Part shown: one piece after another, positions 1 to 9,367 of the stretch
Layout of the letters: the number at the start of each line of letters is the position of its first letter
How positions within the stretch are numbered: the stretch's first letter is position 1
From: an uncultured delta proteobacterium
GTDB taxonomy: Bacteria; Desulfobacterota; Desulfobacteria; Desulfobacterales; Desulfosalsimonadaceae
DNA length: 64,000 nt
Assembly: GCA_963826785.1 (NCBI GenBank)
Contig: CAWGYD010000004.1
Location: forward strand, 256,001 to 320,000
Direction: 5' to 3'
Program-made: the position numbers and the translations under genes
The notes under the pieces: model-generated
Database searches by the model: none
Told to the model about the DNA's origin: nothing
What the model saw: only the letters and a program-made list of their open reading frames with translations

Positions 1-226
1 CCTTGTTTATCGGCATGCACTGCTCCGGCGGCATCGCTTCATGGGACATGGCGCCGGTCGGGCATACGGCAACGCAGTGCCCGCAGCGGATGCACAGGTT
101 TTGAGCGCCGGGCACCGGCCGGGGAACCCCGTCGCCTTCTTTGAAGTGGATGATTTTGATGGGACAGACATCCGCGCAGATACCGTCCTTGTTGCATTTA
201 TCAGGGTCTACCGTTAACAGGGGCAT
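1..226 (-). CDS. 4Fe-4S ferredoxin-domain protein, probably nitroreductase family (partial, runs off the window start)
   Basis: Manual translation MPLLTVDPDKCNKDGICADVCPIKII...CIRCGHCVAVCPTGAM shows two ferredoxin Cys motifs; AAGGAG RBS upstream. Not in the ORF track. The nitroreductase domain is inferred from the usual architecture. Confidence 0.75.
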   Translation of the reverse strand, partial: MPLLTVDPDKCNKDGICADVCPIKIIHFKEGDGVPRPVPGAQNLCIRCGHCVAVCPTGAMSHEAMPPEQCMPINK

Positions 227-459
227 GCGTTCTCCTTGGCTTTTAAAAATGGATCAGATGATGAATCGTTTATTGCCTTTAAAATTCAGTGTCAATCTAT
301 GGATGGTTTTCCGGAAAGTCAATGGTTATAGAACGGTCGTTCTTTTTAGCGAATGCCCATCCATAAATGGTCAATTTGTCCGATTCCTGCGGCTAAAATT
401 TTAAAATCGCTGAAACGCCGTATCGGGCAAAAAAGTGTTTTTTCCCGTTTGAGCACCCG

Positions 460-3021
460 TTATTTTTTCACCGCCCCGGCCAGCCCGCCCGAGGTCAGGG
501 CCGCCAGGTTGACCAGGATCATCGGCAGGGGCAGGCCGCCGGGTGAGGCGAGATACCGGGGGGTCCACACCGGGCCGAATTTTTCCTTGTACTGGCGCAA
601 TCCCTGAAAATTGTAAAAATTTTCCCCGTAGCGCGCCACCATGATCCCCACACGGTTCCAGAAAGGGGCCAGGGCATGGTCATCCAGACCGGTGAACGGT
701 GCCATGCCCAGATTGAACCATTGATATCCGTTCCGGTTCCCCCACAACATCAGTTCGATGAACAAAAATTCCATCACCCCGTGGGGGGCGTCATGGCGGT
801 ACCGCATCAGGTCGACGGACACCTCTTCTTTTTCCGCTCCCGTCAGCAGGTTGGCAAAAGCGATGGGAACGCCGTTGTGCCGGATAATGGCGGCGGGAAA
901 CCGCCGGATGTAGGCCGGGTCGAACATTCCCAGTGAAAATCCCTTCTCCCGGGTTTTTTTGAATTCCAGCCAGTCATCGGATATGAGGCGCAGATCGGAA
1001 AGGAGCGGATCGATATCCGCTGGCATGACGATTTCAAACCGGCAGCCCTGGCGCTCCAGCTGGCGATAGGTACGGCGAAGCCCTTTTCTGGAACTCCCCT
1101 CCAGTGAAAAACCATCCAGCGGCACCCGGGCCTCTTCGCCCAGTTTGAACAGGGCAAGCCCCATGTCCAGGTAAATGGGAAGATTCTGCTGATCCACTTC
1201 ATAGAAAACCGGCCAGCCGCCGTACCGGTCCGCCAGGGTCCGAAAATCCCAGGCCAGTTCGGCCATTTCATCGCTTCCCCCCACGGGATCACCCATGGCC
1301 ACCCAGCTCCTGCCTTCCACGGCATACATGATGAAGGCGCTTTTTTTGTCATTGACCAGATAATTTTTGTCCGGCAGCAGGGCCAGATTGGCATAGGTTC
1401 GTTTCGATTTTTGCACCAGGGGAGCAATCGCGTCCACGTCCGCTGTTTTGAGCAGCTCGAAATCGGGTTGGGCCGGGCGCAGCAGCCGAATGGCCGCCAG
1501 CAGGACCGCCAGGCATATCGCGCCGAATTCCGCCCGCAAAAACCTCGGGGCGCTTGCCGAAAAGGCAAAATGCCACCATAGTTCATTGGAATATTCCACA
1601 TGACGATGGGAAAACAGCCCCAGCCAGACGGAACCGGCAAAGACGATCAGGATGGCCCCGATCCAGTCCGGGGTGAAATCGAGCTGCATGAGCGAGGTCT
1701 TCCGGTAGAAATGATATCTGCCGGGCAGGATGGCAATGAGAATGACCGCCAGGATCAGGGCTTCTTCATAGTCGAGCCCCTTGAAAATCGAGGCGAGGAT
1801 TCCCATGCCCAGCATGCATACCGTGAGCACGTAGGCGGCATCCATCCGTCGCTGGAGGCCCCGGGCCAGCAGCAGCAGGCCCATGCCGGCGATGCTGCCC
1901 AGGAAGTGGGACATTTCGATAAATGCCAGTGGGAACAGTTTCGAAAGGGCCGTCATTCGGTGGCTGACGGCGGGCATGGCGCCGGAGAACAGCAGGATCG
2001 CCCCGCCGGCGAAAGTGGCGAAAGACAGCAGCGGAGGCATGACCGTGGCCAGGGAGCGACTGTAGAGCCGGGCCAGTCGGTCAATCATGGCGCGCTGGTG
2101 AAGCGATTCGTGAATGCCCAGCAGCAGAACCGCGATCATCAGGGGAAGCAGATAGTAGATGGCCCGGTAGGCCAGAAGGGCTGCCGCAAGGGCTGCCGCC
2201 GGCACCTGCGGGGAGAGCATCAGCAGCATGACCGTCTCGAAAACCCCCAGGCCGCCGGGCACCTGGCTGATGAGCCCCGCAAACTGGGCGATCAGGAAAA
2301 AGCCCAGAAACGCGGTGAACCCTACGTCCGCCGATGGCGGCAGGAGCAGGTAGAGTACGCTGCCGGCCACGGTCCAATCGAGAACGGATATAAAACTCTG
2401 CCGAAAAAAAAGCCTCGGCCCGGGCAGGGAAAACTGCCAACCTTTGATGCGAAACGGTTGTTTTCGGATGGCGCCGGCCGCAAACAGGCAGCAAACTCCC
2501 GCCAGCAGGCCCATGCCCAACAGCCGGGTGGATGCGAAGGGCAGGTTCAGGTCCCCGGGCGGGTATACCGGGTGGAAGGTAAACACGCTTGCCGCCAGGA
2601 GGAGAAAGCCGATCCAGATGGAAAATGCCGCCATGCCGATGATCCGGGTGATATCGACGGCCGACAATCCCCATCCGGAATAGAGCCGGTAGCGCACCGA
2701 TGCACCGGCGATCATGGACAGGCCGATGTTGTTGGAAAAGGCGTAGCTGATAAAGGAGGCCAGGACGATGCGGGGCGTGGACATGGATATTTGGATGGCC
2801 CGGAAGGCGATCCAGTCATATCCGGACATCACCAGGTAATTGCACAGGGTCAGCAAAACGGCCAGCGACCCGGTGCGGCCGGGAAGGCGCCGCCACTCGG
2901 CAATGATGGCGCTGATGTGATAGGTGTGCAACTGGCGGTAGAGGACCCATAGGGCAAGAGAAAAAATGAGCACCCCGGCCAGGGGGAGTAGCTGTTTGAA
3001 ACGATGGTTCAACTGCGGCAT
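460..3021 (-). CDS. mprF: Bifunctional aminoacyl-phosphatidylglycerol flippase/synthase MprF
   Basis: 853 aa; multi-TM N-terminus with PGGLGVFE; C-terminal synthase motifs VAMGDPVG, KLGEEA, VDLMR, NLGMAP, FYNFQGLRQYKEKF. Confidence 0.93.
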   Translation of the reverse strand: MPQLNHRFKQLLPLAGVLIFSLALWVLYRQLHTYHISAIIAEWRRLPGRTGSLAVLLTLCNYLVMSGYDWIAFRAIQISMSTPRIVLASFISYAFSNNIGLSMIAGASVRYRLYSGWGLSAVDITRIIGMAAFSIWIGFLLLAASVFTFHPVYPPGDLNLPFASTRLLGMGLLAGVCCLFAAGAIRKQPFRIKGWQFSLPGPRLFFRQSFISVLDWTVAGSVLYLLLPPSADVGFTAFLGFFLIAQFAGLISQVPGGLGVFETVMLLMLSPQVPAAALAAALLAYRAIYYLLPLMIAVLLLGIHESLHQRAMIDRLARLYSRSLATVMPPLLSFATFAGGAILLFSGAMPAVSHRMTALSKLFPLAFIEMSHFLGSIAGMGLLLLARGLQRRMDAAYVLTVCMLGMGILASIFKGLDYEEALILAVILIAILPGRYHFYRKTSLMQLDFTPDWIGAILIVFAGSVWLGLFSHRHVEYSNELWWHFAFSASAPRFLRAEFGAICLAVLLAAIRLLRPAQPDFELLKTADVDAIAPLVQKSKRTYANLALLPDKNYLVNDKKSAFIMYAVEGRSWVAMGDPVGGSDEMAELAWDFRTLADRYGGWPVFYEVDQQNLPIYLDMGLALFKLGEEARVPLDGFSLEGSSRKGLRRTYRQLERQGCRFEIVMPADIDPLLSDLRLISDDWLEFKKTREKGFSLGMFDPAYIRRFPAAIIRHNGVPIAFANLLTGAEKEEVSVDLMRYRHDAPHGVMEFLFIELMLWGNRNGYQWFNLGMAPFTGLDDHALAPFWNRVGIMVARYGENFYNFQGLRQYKEKFGPVWTPRYLASPGGLPLPMILVNLAALTSGGLAGAVKK

Positions 3022-3211
3022 GGGGCTGCTTTCCTGTTTTGAAAACGACCGGCGGACGGGTGTTTTAACCCGACATCTTTTTGAATTTTTTTATGATATG
3101 ATATCGCTTTGCGCCTGTCAAACGGCCGGCAATTCGGACCTTTTCGGCTCGGAAACCATTGACATGGGCATACCCATACCAAATGGCGGCATAGGGGCGA
3201 AAGGATAAACA

Positions 3212-3832
3212 TTGGAATCCTACATCAGCCAGATCGGTCCTTACCTTCAGCAATACGGATACTGGATCGTATTTTCCGCCATTCTGCTGGAAAATTTCGG
3301 CCTGCCGCTGCCGGGTGAAACCATGCTGATCACGGCCGCCATCCTGGCCTCCCAGGGGGGAAGGCTCAGCCTCGTTCCCCTGATCCTCACCGCCTGGGGC
3401 GCGGCGGTGCTCGGGGACAACTGCGCCTATGGACTGGGTCGATGGGCCGGGCGCAGGCTGGTGATCCAGTATGGACAGCACGTGTTTATCACCCATGAGC
3501 GCATCAAACGGGTTGAAACGGGCTTTAACCGGTACGGCGGCATCATCGTCCTGTTTGCGCGGTTCTTTGAAGTCTTCCGCCAGCTCAACGGGCTGGTGGC
3601 CGGCACCATGGAAATGCCCTGGCGCCGTTTCCTGTTTTATAATACCATAGGGGGCGGACTGTGGGTCTGCACCTGGACCATTTTGTTCTACTGGCTCGGC
3701 GACCGGGCCGGTCTGGCCCTGCGCTTTTTTAAAAAGTTCGAGGCCGATATCCTGGTTGCCATAGCCGTGCTGACTGCCGGTTATCTCGTTTACCGGCTGG
3801 TCCGCTGGTACCAGGCCCGCGCAAAGCAATAG
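3212..3832 (+). CDS. DedA family membrane protein
   Basis: LENFGLPLPGETML, GDNCAYGLGR and FARFF..R..AG motifs; TTG start with AAGGA RBS. Confidence 0.9.
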   Translation: MESYISQIGPYLQQYGYWIVFSAILLENFGLPLPGETMLITAAILASQGGRLSLVPLILTAWGAAVLGDNCAYGLGRWAGRRLVIQYGQHVFITHERIKRVETGFNRYGGIIVLFARFFEVFRQLNGLVAGTMEMPWRRFLFYNTIGGGLWVCTWTILFYWLGDRAGLALRFFKKFEADILVAIAVLTAGYLVYRLVRWYQARAKQ

Positions 3833-3904
3833 GGGCCGGATCCATGCCCTGAAAATCGGGTAAAATAAATTTTTGACACCCCAGGCGAAAGACGGGCGCG
3901 GCAA

Positions 3905-5200
3905 ATGGCAGCACCTCGGGCGAAAAAATCGGATGCGAAAACCATACAAAGCGCCGCCGAAGTCCTGTCCGGCACAAAGACCAAGGGCCGTCTCCAGCGT
4001 CTCATGCCCTTTTTGGGCCCGGCGTTTATCGCAAGCGTCGCCTATGTGGACCCGGGCAATTTTGCCACCAATATCCAGGCCGGCGCCCAGTTCGGATACA
4101 TGCTGGTCTGGGTCATCGTGGCCAGCAATCTCATGGCCATGCTCGTCCAGACCCTGTCCGCCAAGCTGGGGATCGCCACCGGGCTGAACCTGGCGGAACA
4201 CTGCCGGCTCCGGTTTTCCCGGCCGGTGGTCATCGGTATGTGGCTTCTGATGGAACTGGTGGCCATGTCCACGGATCTGGCTGAATTCCTGGGGGCGGCC
4301 CTGGGGTTTCAGCTCCTTTTGGGCATTCCCCTGCTGGCCGGGGCGATGCTCACCGCGGTGGCCACCATCCTGATCCTGGGGTTGGAGCGATACGGATTCC
4401 GGCCCCTGGAGGCGGTGATTTCATCCATGGTGGGGCTGGTGGCCATATGCTACCTGGTGGAAACCATCATCGACCGGCCGGACTGGTCGGCGGTCTTCTA
4501 TCATGCGGTGGTGCCCCAGTTGTCCGGCGCCGAAAGCCTGGTGCTGGCATCGGGCATCCTGGGGGCGACCGTCATGCCCCATGCCATCTTCCTGCACTCG
4601 GCCCTGACCCAGGGGCGCATCGTGGTCAAAGACACCCGCCAGCGCAAGATGCTCTACCGCTATGAGATCACGGATGTCCTGATTGCCATGGGGATCGCCA
4701 GTTTCGTCAACATCGCCATGCTGATCATGGCGGCGGCCACCTTCTACAAGACCGGGCTGACCCACATCGCCAGCATCGAGGAAGCCTACCGGACGCTGGA
4801 GCCCCTGCTGGGAAAGGCGGCGGTGTGGTTTTTCGGGCTTTCCCTCCTGGTGGCCGGGCTGTCGTCGGCCACCGTGGGGACCAGCGCCGGCCAGATCATC
4901 ATGCAGGGGTTCATCCAGCGCCACATCCCCATCTGGCTGCGCCGGGTCGCCACCATGGCCCCTTCCGTGGCGGTGATCGCCATTGGCCTGGACCCCACCC
5001 GGACACTGGTGATCAGCCAGGTGGTCCTAAGCTTCGGGCTCCCCTTTGCCATCGTTCCCCTGGTGATGTTCACACGGCGCGCCGACATCATGGGCGATCT
5101 GGTGAACCGGTCCGCGACCACGGTGCTGGCCGGCCTGATTGCCGCGGTCATCATCGCGCTCAATATTGTTTTGCTGTATGAAACCTTTTTTTCCGGGTGA
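3905..5200 (+). CDS. mntH: Nramp family Mn2+/Fe2+ transporter MntH
   Basis: AYVDPGNF, GATVMPHAIFLHS and SQVVLSFGLPFA signatures. Confidence 0.95.
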   Translation: MAAPRAKKSDAKTIQSAAEVLSGTKTKGRLQRLMPFLGPAFIASVAYVDPGNFATNIQAGAQFGYMLVWVIVASNLMAMLVQTLSAKLGIATGLNLAEHCRLRFSRPVVIGMWLLMELVAMSTDLAEFLGAALGFQLLLGIPLLAGAMLTAVATILILGLERYGFRPLEAVISSMVGLVAICYLVETIIDRPDWSAVFYHAVVPQLSGAESLVLASGILGATVMPHAIFLHSALTQGRIVVKDTRQRKMLYRYEITDVLIAMGIASFVNIAMLIMAAATFYKTGLTHIASIEEAYRTLEPLLGKAAVWFFGLSLLVAGLSSATVGTSAGQIIMQGFIQRHIPIWLRRVATMAPSVAVIAIGLDPTRTLVISQVVLSFGLPFAIVPLVMFTRRADIMGDLVNRSATTVLAGLIAAVIIALNIVLLYETFFSG

Positions 5201-6120
5201 GTGGTATGTTCAAAAAAATCCTGGTGCCGCTGGACGGCTCTAAAATGGCGGAGGCCGCGTTGCCGGCCGCGGGTTTTCTGGCGGAAAAATTTGGCGGCTT
5301 TATCACCCTGCTGCATGTCATCGAAAAAGATGCGCCCCGGCAGGTTCACGGCCAGCCGCACCTGCAGGATGCGGCCGCGGCGCAGTCGTACCTGAATGAA
5401 ACGGCGCGCCATGCCGGCCTCGAAAAGATACTGGTGAAAACCCATGTGCACACGCCGGGGGTGGGCAATGTGGCACAAAGCATCCTGGCGCATACCTCTG
5501 AGTCGGAACATGACAGCGTGGTGATGTGCTCACATGGCCGGGGCCGGGCCCTGCACCTGTTTCTCGGCAGCATCGCCCAGGAAGTCATGGCCATGGGGCC
5601 GGTCCCGGTGCTGGTCACGCGGCCGGACAAAGGGGGAAAAATCCCTTCCTTTTCATGCTCGGCGCTGCTGCTCCCCCTGGACGATGAACCCGATCACGGT
5701 CGGGCGCTGCCCGTCTCCCGGGAACTGGCCCGGACCTGCGGTGCGTCCCTGCACCTGTTGCGGGTCATTCCCGATCTTTCCACCCTCTCCGGCACGGAAG
5801 CCGTCAAGGGGCGCTTTATGCCCGGCACCACCGCCCGTCTGCTGGAACTGTCCGCGCATGCGGCCGAAGGATTCCTCCGGTCTCGAATCGAGTCGCTGGC
5901 CGAGGCGGGTTTTGAGGCCCATGCCCATGTGCTGCGCGGCAATCCGCCGGATGTGATCGTCCGCGCAGCCGGGGAACTCGGCATCGATCTCATTGTTCTG
6001 GCCACGCATGGCAAGTCCGGCATGAAGGCATTCTGGGCGGGAAGTGTGGCCCACCATGTCTGCGGCCAGTCCCGGATTCCGCTGCTGCTGATCAAGGCCG
6101 GAAAGGAAACCCTTTCATGA
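5197..6120 (+). CDS. Tandem-domain universal stress protein
   Basis: FKKILVPLDGS, SHGRG..LGSIA, then a second domain ATHGKSG..GSVA; overlaps the mntH stop (GTGA). Alternative ATG at 5206. Confidence 0.9.
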   Translation: MSGMFKKILVPLDGSKMAEAALPAAGFLAEKFGGFITLLHVIEKDAPRQVHGQPHLQDAAAAQSYLNETARHAGLEKILVKTHVHTPGVGNVAQSILAHTSESEHDSVVMCSHGRGRALHLFLGSIAQEVMAMGPVPVLVTRPDKGGKIPSFSCSALLLPLDDEPDHGRALPVSRELARTCGASLHLLRVIPDLSTLSGTEAVKGRFMPGTTARLLELSAHAAEGFLRSRIESLAEAGFEAHAHVLRGNPPDVIVRAAGELGIDLIVLATHGKSGMKAFWAGSVAHHVCGQSRIPLLLIKAGKETLS

Positions 6121-6209
6121 AGGGGGGAGGCGGCGGCCGTCAGGATTGATTCTCCAGGCGGCAGCCTGCGACCCCAGTCAATGCGTCTTTTATCGGGTTT
6201 TTGAAATCG

Positions 6210-6656
6210 TTATTCGTGGCATTTTACCAGCAGGATCGATGCCGGCAGGCTCCGTATCACCCGGTCCGCGTCATGCCCGAAGAGAAAATGTTCGAACCGG
6301 CCTTCTGCATGGGCGGGCAGGACAATCAGGTCGATATTCTCCTCCCGGACGGCCTTTTCGATTTCCACGGCCGGCTTGCCTTCCTTGATCCATTCGGTGA
6401 TCTTCAATCCGTTTTTCCGCTCGGCCCCAAGGAGGTGATCCAGTTTATTTTTGGCATCGTCTACCATGTACTGAAACTCTTTTTCCAGGCTGGGGATGGG
6501 CAGGTTCCATCCTTCCACGTTGAAAGGATCGTGAATGCTGTAGAGTACATACAAATCCGCGTGATATTTTCGGGCGAGATTGATCCCGGTTTCGTAAAGG
6601 TTTTTACAGTATTTCAGGGAATAACCGACCACCAGTATCTTTTTGAAATCTTCCAT
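6210..6656 (-). CDS. Universal stress protein (single domain)
   Basis: FKKILV, EGKP..EI, IDLIVL..H.EGRFEHFLFG; GGGAGA RBS. Confidence 0.85.
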   Translation of the reverse strand: MEDFKKILVVGYSLKYCKNLYETGINLARKYHADLYVLYSIHDPFNVEGWNLPIPSLEKEFQYMVDDAKNKLDHLLGAERKNGLKITEWIKEGKPAVEIEKAVREENIDLIVLPAHAEGRFEHFLFGHDADRVIRSLPASILLVKCHE

Positions 6657-6904
6657 GTCCTTCTCCCTTCGATTTGGCGCATATCCTTTTTTGGCGCGTC
6701 ATAATTAGATCATTCGTTGATAACCATAATCTAATCACCCATTGTGCGTAGGCAATCAACTTTTTAAAAGAAAATGCCTGCCAGCCATTGTAAAGCCGTG
6801 TTTTTGACAGCGTCGGCGATGATGATCATGATTTGGTGAAAATTGAAACAGTGCGAACGACCCCACCGCGTTTACGCGTTCAAACACCAAAAAGGAAGGT
6901 CAGG

Positions 6905-7633
6905 ATGGCCAATCATAATGTAGACGACCGGCTTGAAGACCCGGATGCCATGCTTCCCGTCCGCAGCGGGCGAAAAACGCACATCCTGGAAATTTCCGCT
7001 TTCCTGTTTCTGATCGTCCCCTCCATGCTGTTTTCCTTTTTCCTGGTCCGGCAGGGGAGTGTCGGGTTCGTTCTTACGGCGGTTTCGGTGATTTTGAGGG
7101 ATGCCGGACTGGTCTTTCTGGTCCTTTACTTCCTGTGGCGAAACGGGGAGGCGATCTCCCTGATCGGCTGGAAGAAAGTCCGGCCGGTCAAGGAAATCGT
7201 ATTGGGGGTGATCCTGTTTTTCCCCATGTATTTTGCCGCCTCCATCCTGGAGCAGGTGCTCAATGCAGCGGGGTTCTCCTCGCCGGCCACGCCGCTGCCG
7301 GAATTGCAGATTCATCTGAGCTATTTTTACATCGCGCTGGCGCTTATCATGGTCATCGTGGTGGCCATTTCAGAAGAAACCATATTCCGGGGCTATCTGA
7401 TGCTCCGTCTCGGCCAGACCACCGGATCGACGGTCGCAGCCATCATTCTTTCCTCTTTTATCTTCTCTTTGGGGCACGGCTATGAGGGATCGGCCGGTGT
7501 CATCACGGTGGGGTTCATCGGCCTGGTTTTCGCCGTCATCTTCTGGTGGCGAAAAAATCTGCTGGCGCCCATGACCATGCATTTCATGCAGGATTTTATC
7601 GGGATTATTCTTATCCGGCTGCAGACCGGGTGA
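6905..7633 (+). CDS. CPBP (CAAX/Abi) intramembrane metalloprotease
   Basis: EETIFRGYL, FSLGHGY and MTMHFMQD motifs; start chosen after a purine-rich RBS. Confidence 0.9.
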   Translation: MANHNVDDRLEDPDAMLPVRSGRKTHILEISAFLFLIVPSMLFSFFLVRQGSVGFVLTAVSVILRDAGLVFLVLYFLWRNGEAISLIGWKKVRPVKEIVLGVILFFPMYFAASILEQVLNAAGFSSPATPLPELQIHLSYFYIALALIMVIVVAISEETIFRGYLMLRLGQTTGSTVAAIILSSFIFSLGHGYEGSAGVITVGFIGLVFAVIFWWRKNLLAPMTMHFMQDFIGIILIRLQTG

Positions 7634-7668
7634 AGACGGTTTCCGGTCATGCTGAACCCGGCATCTTT

Positions 7669-8946
7669 TCAACCGCTGTGTTTCACCCAATTTCCGGGCA
7701 TTCCCGCCAGCAGGGCCAGCGCAGCCCCGGCCAGACCCGCGCCGATGAAAAACGCCGCCGCCGGGCCGATCTGAGCCCAGAAAATCCCGAACAGAAGGCT
7801 TGCCGGAAGCGCGGCCAGTCCTACGGTTCCGTGGTATAATCCGAAGGCTTTGCCGCGCATGGATGCCGGCACCAGGTCGGCCACCAGGGCGCGCTCCGCC
7901 CCTTCCGTCATTCCGTAAAATGCGCCGTACACTGCCAGCAGCGCCCCCACCATCCACAGGTGGAAGGCAAACGGAATGGCCAGGTAAACCCCGATGTAGA
8001 TCACCCAGCCGATGGCGATGGCCCGGCGGCGGCCGCCCCGGTCAGACAGCCGCCCCCCGGGGAGGCTGAAGAGGATTTTAGATAAGTGCAGCAGGACCCA
8101 CAGGGCGATCATCCATCCCAGTCCCAGGCCGAATCGGGTTTGGGCAAAGAAGATGAGAAACAGATCTGAGCTGTTTCCCAGAGCAAACAGGAGCACCGCT
8201 CCCAGGTAGAGGATAAAGGGTTTCGGCAGTTTGACGGGGGCAATATTTTTCCCGTCTGAAAAAATCTCCGGAGGACCCTCACAGGCGCCGGTTTCCCGGA
8301 CCCGGCGCCACAGGGTGAGGGTCGCGGCCAGCCCGGGAATAATGGCCAGTGCAAACACCCACCGCATGGCCTGCATTTCACCCGCGGTGGCCGCACCCTT
8401 TTCCTGGTGCCATACCATTTCCTGCCCCAGGACCAGCACCAGAAGCGCCATGGCAACAAGGGGACCGCACACGGCCCCTGCGTGGTCCATCAGCCGGTGG
8501 AAACTAAACGCCAGCCCCCGCACATCCGGATCAACGGAATCACACAGAAGGGCATCCCGGGGAGAGGTGCGGATGCCCTTTCCCACCCGGTCCATGAACC
8601 GAAGCACGATCACGTGCCAGCCGGCCGCGGCCAGGGCCAGCACCGGCCGGGACAGGCTGGAAATCGCATACCCGCCCAGCGCCAGGGGTTTTCGGATGCC
8701 CAGCCGGTCGCTCAACCATCCCGTATACATCTTGAGCAGACTGGCGGTGCTTTCCGCCACCCCCTCCATGAGCCCGATATAGACGGCGGCCATGGCCGGG
8801 GGGACCAGCCCCGTGAAAAAGACCGGGAGCAGCGGATAGATCATCTCACTGGACAGATCTGTTAGAAAGCTGACCAGCCCGAGAAAAAAGACATTGCCGG
8901 AAAGTGCCCGGCGCAAATCCAGATGAAATAATCCGCTGTCGTCCAT
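7669..8946 (-). CDS. MFS transporter
   Basis: About 12 TM; GWLSDRLGIRK and GGRLSDRGGRR motif A; RVGKGIRTSPRDALL. Confidence 0.9.
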   Translation of the reverse strand: MDDSGLFHLDLRRALSGNVFFLGLVSFLTDLSSEMIYPLLPVFFTGLVPPAMAAVYIGLMEGVAESTASLLKMYTGWLSDRLGIRKPLALGGYAISSLSRPVLALAAAGWHVIVLRFMDRVGKGIRTSPRDALLCDSVDPDVRGLAFSFHRLMDHAGAVCGPLVAMALLVLVLGQEMVWHQEKGAATAGEMQAMRWVFALAIIPGLAATLTLWRRVRETGACEGPPEIFSDGKNIAPVKLPKPFILYLGAVLLFALGNSSDLFLIFFAQTRFGLGLGWMIALWVLLHLSKILFSLPGGRLSDRGGRRRAIAIGWVIYIGVYLAIPFAFHLWMVGALLAVYGAFYGMTEGAERALVADLVPASMRGKAFGLYHGTVGLAALPASLLFGIFWAQIGPAAAFFIGAGLAGAALALLAGMPGNWVKHSG

Positions 8947-9367
8947 GACCGATCAATATATCCTTCAGCCGCCACTTGCGCAACCTTCATCCGCGGTTCA
9001 TATGCAAAAGATCGCCCCCCTGATGTGCACCCGCCCGGGGGCTGGACGGCTTTGCCGTATTGTTGCTCATCTGATCATAACATGCGGTTATTTTGTGTCT
9101 TTTGAATGTTGACAGGGGGGTGGTTTTCTGCAAATATCGCCCGCCAATGAGTTTTTCCGGGGATGATTAACCCGGGCGCGGTGAGGGGTGGACCATCCGG
9201 TTGATCCGGATGTCGGAGGGGAGATCCGCACACACTTTTCACCCGAAACGATTCCAATTTTCATTCAAGCGGGTACCCGGGCGGCCAAACGGGGGCGGTT
9301 AAACGTACCGACCGTACAAGGCGCCCAAGACGCCGCCAATGCGGGAATCCTCTGAATCTGAATTGGG

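Noticed and set aside
1600..2952. Long antisense/alternate-frame ORFs (450 aa here; also 25598-26923, 3065-4201 and others)
   Set aside because: Shadow ORFs of GC-rich coding genes with no recognisable motifs.
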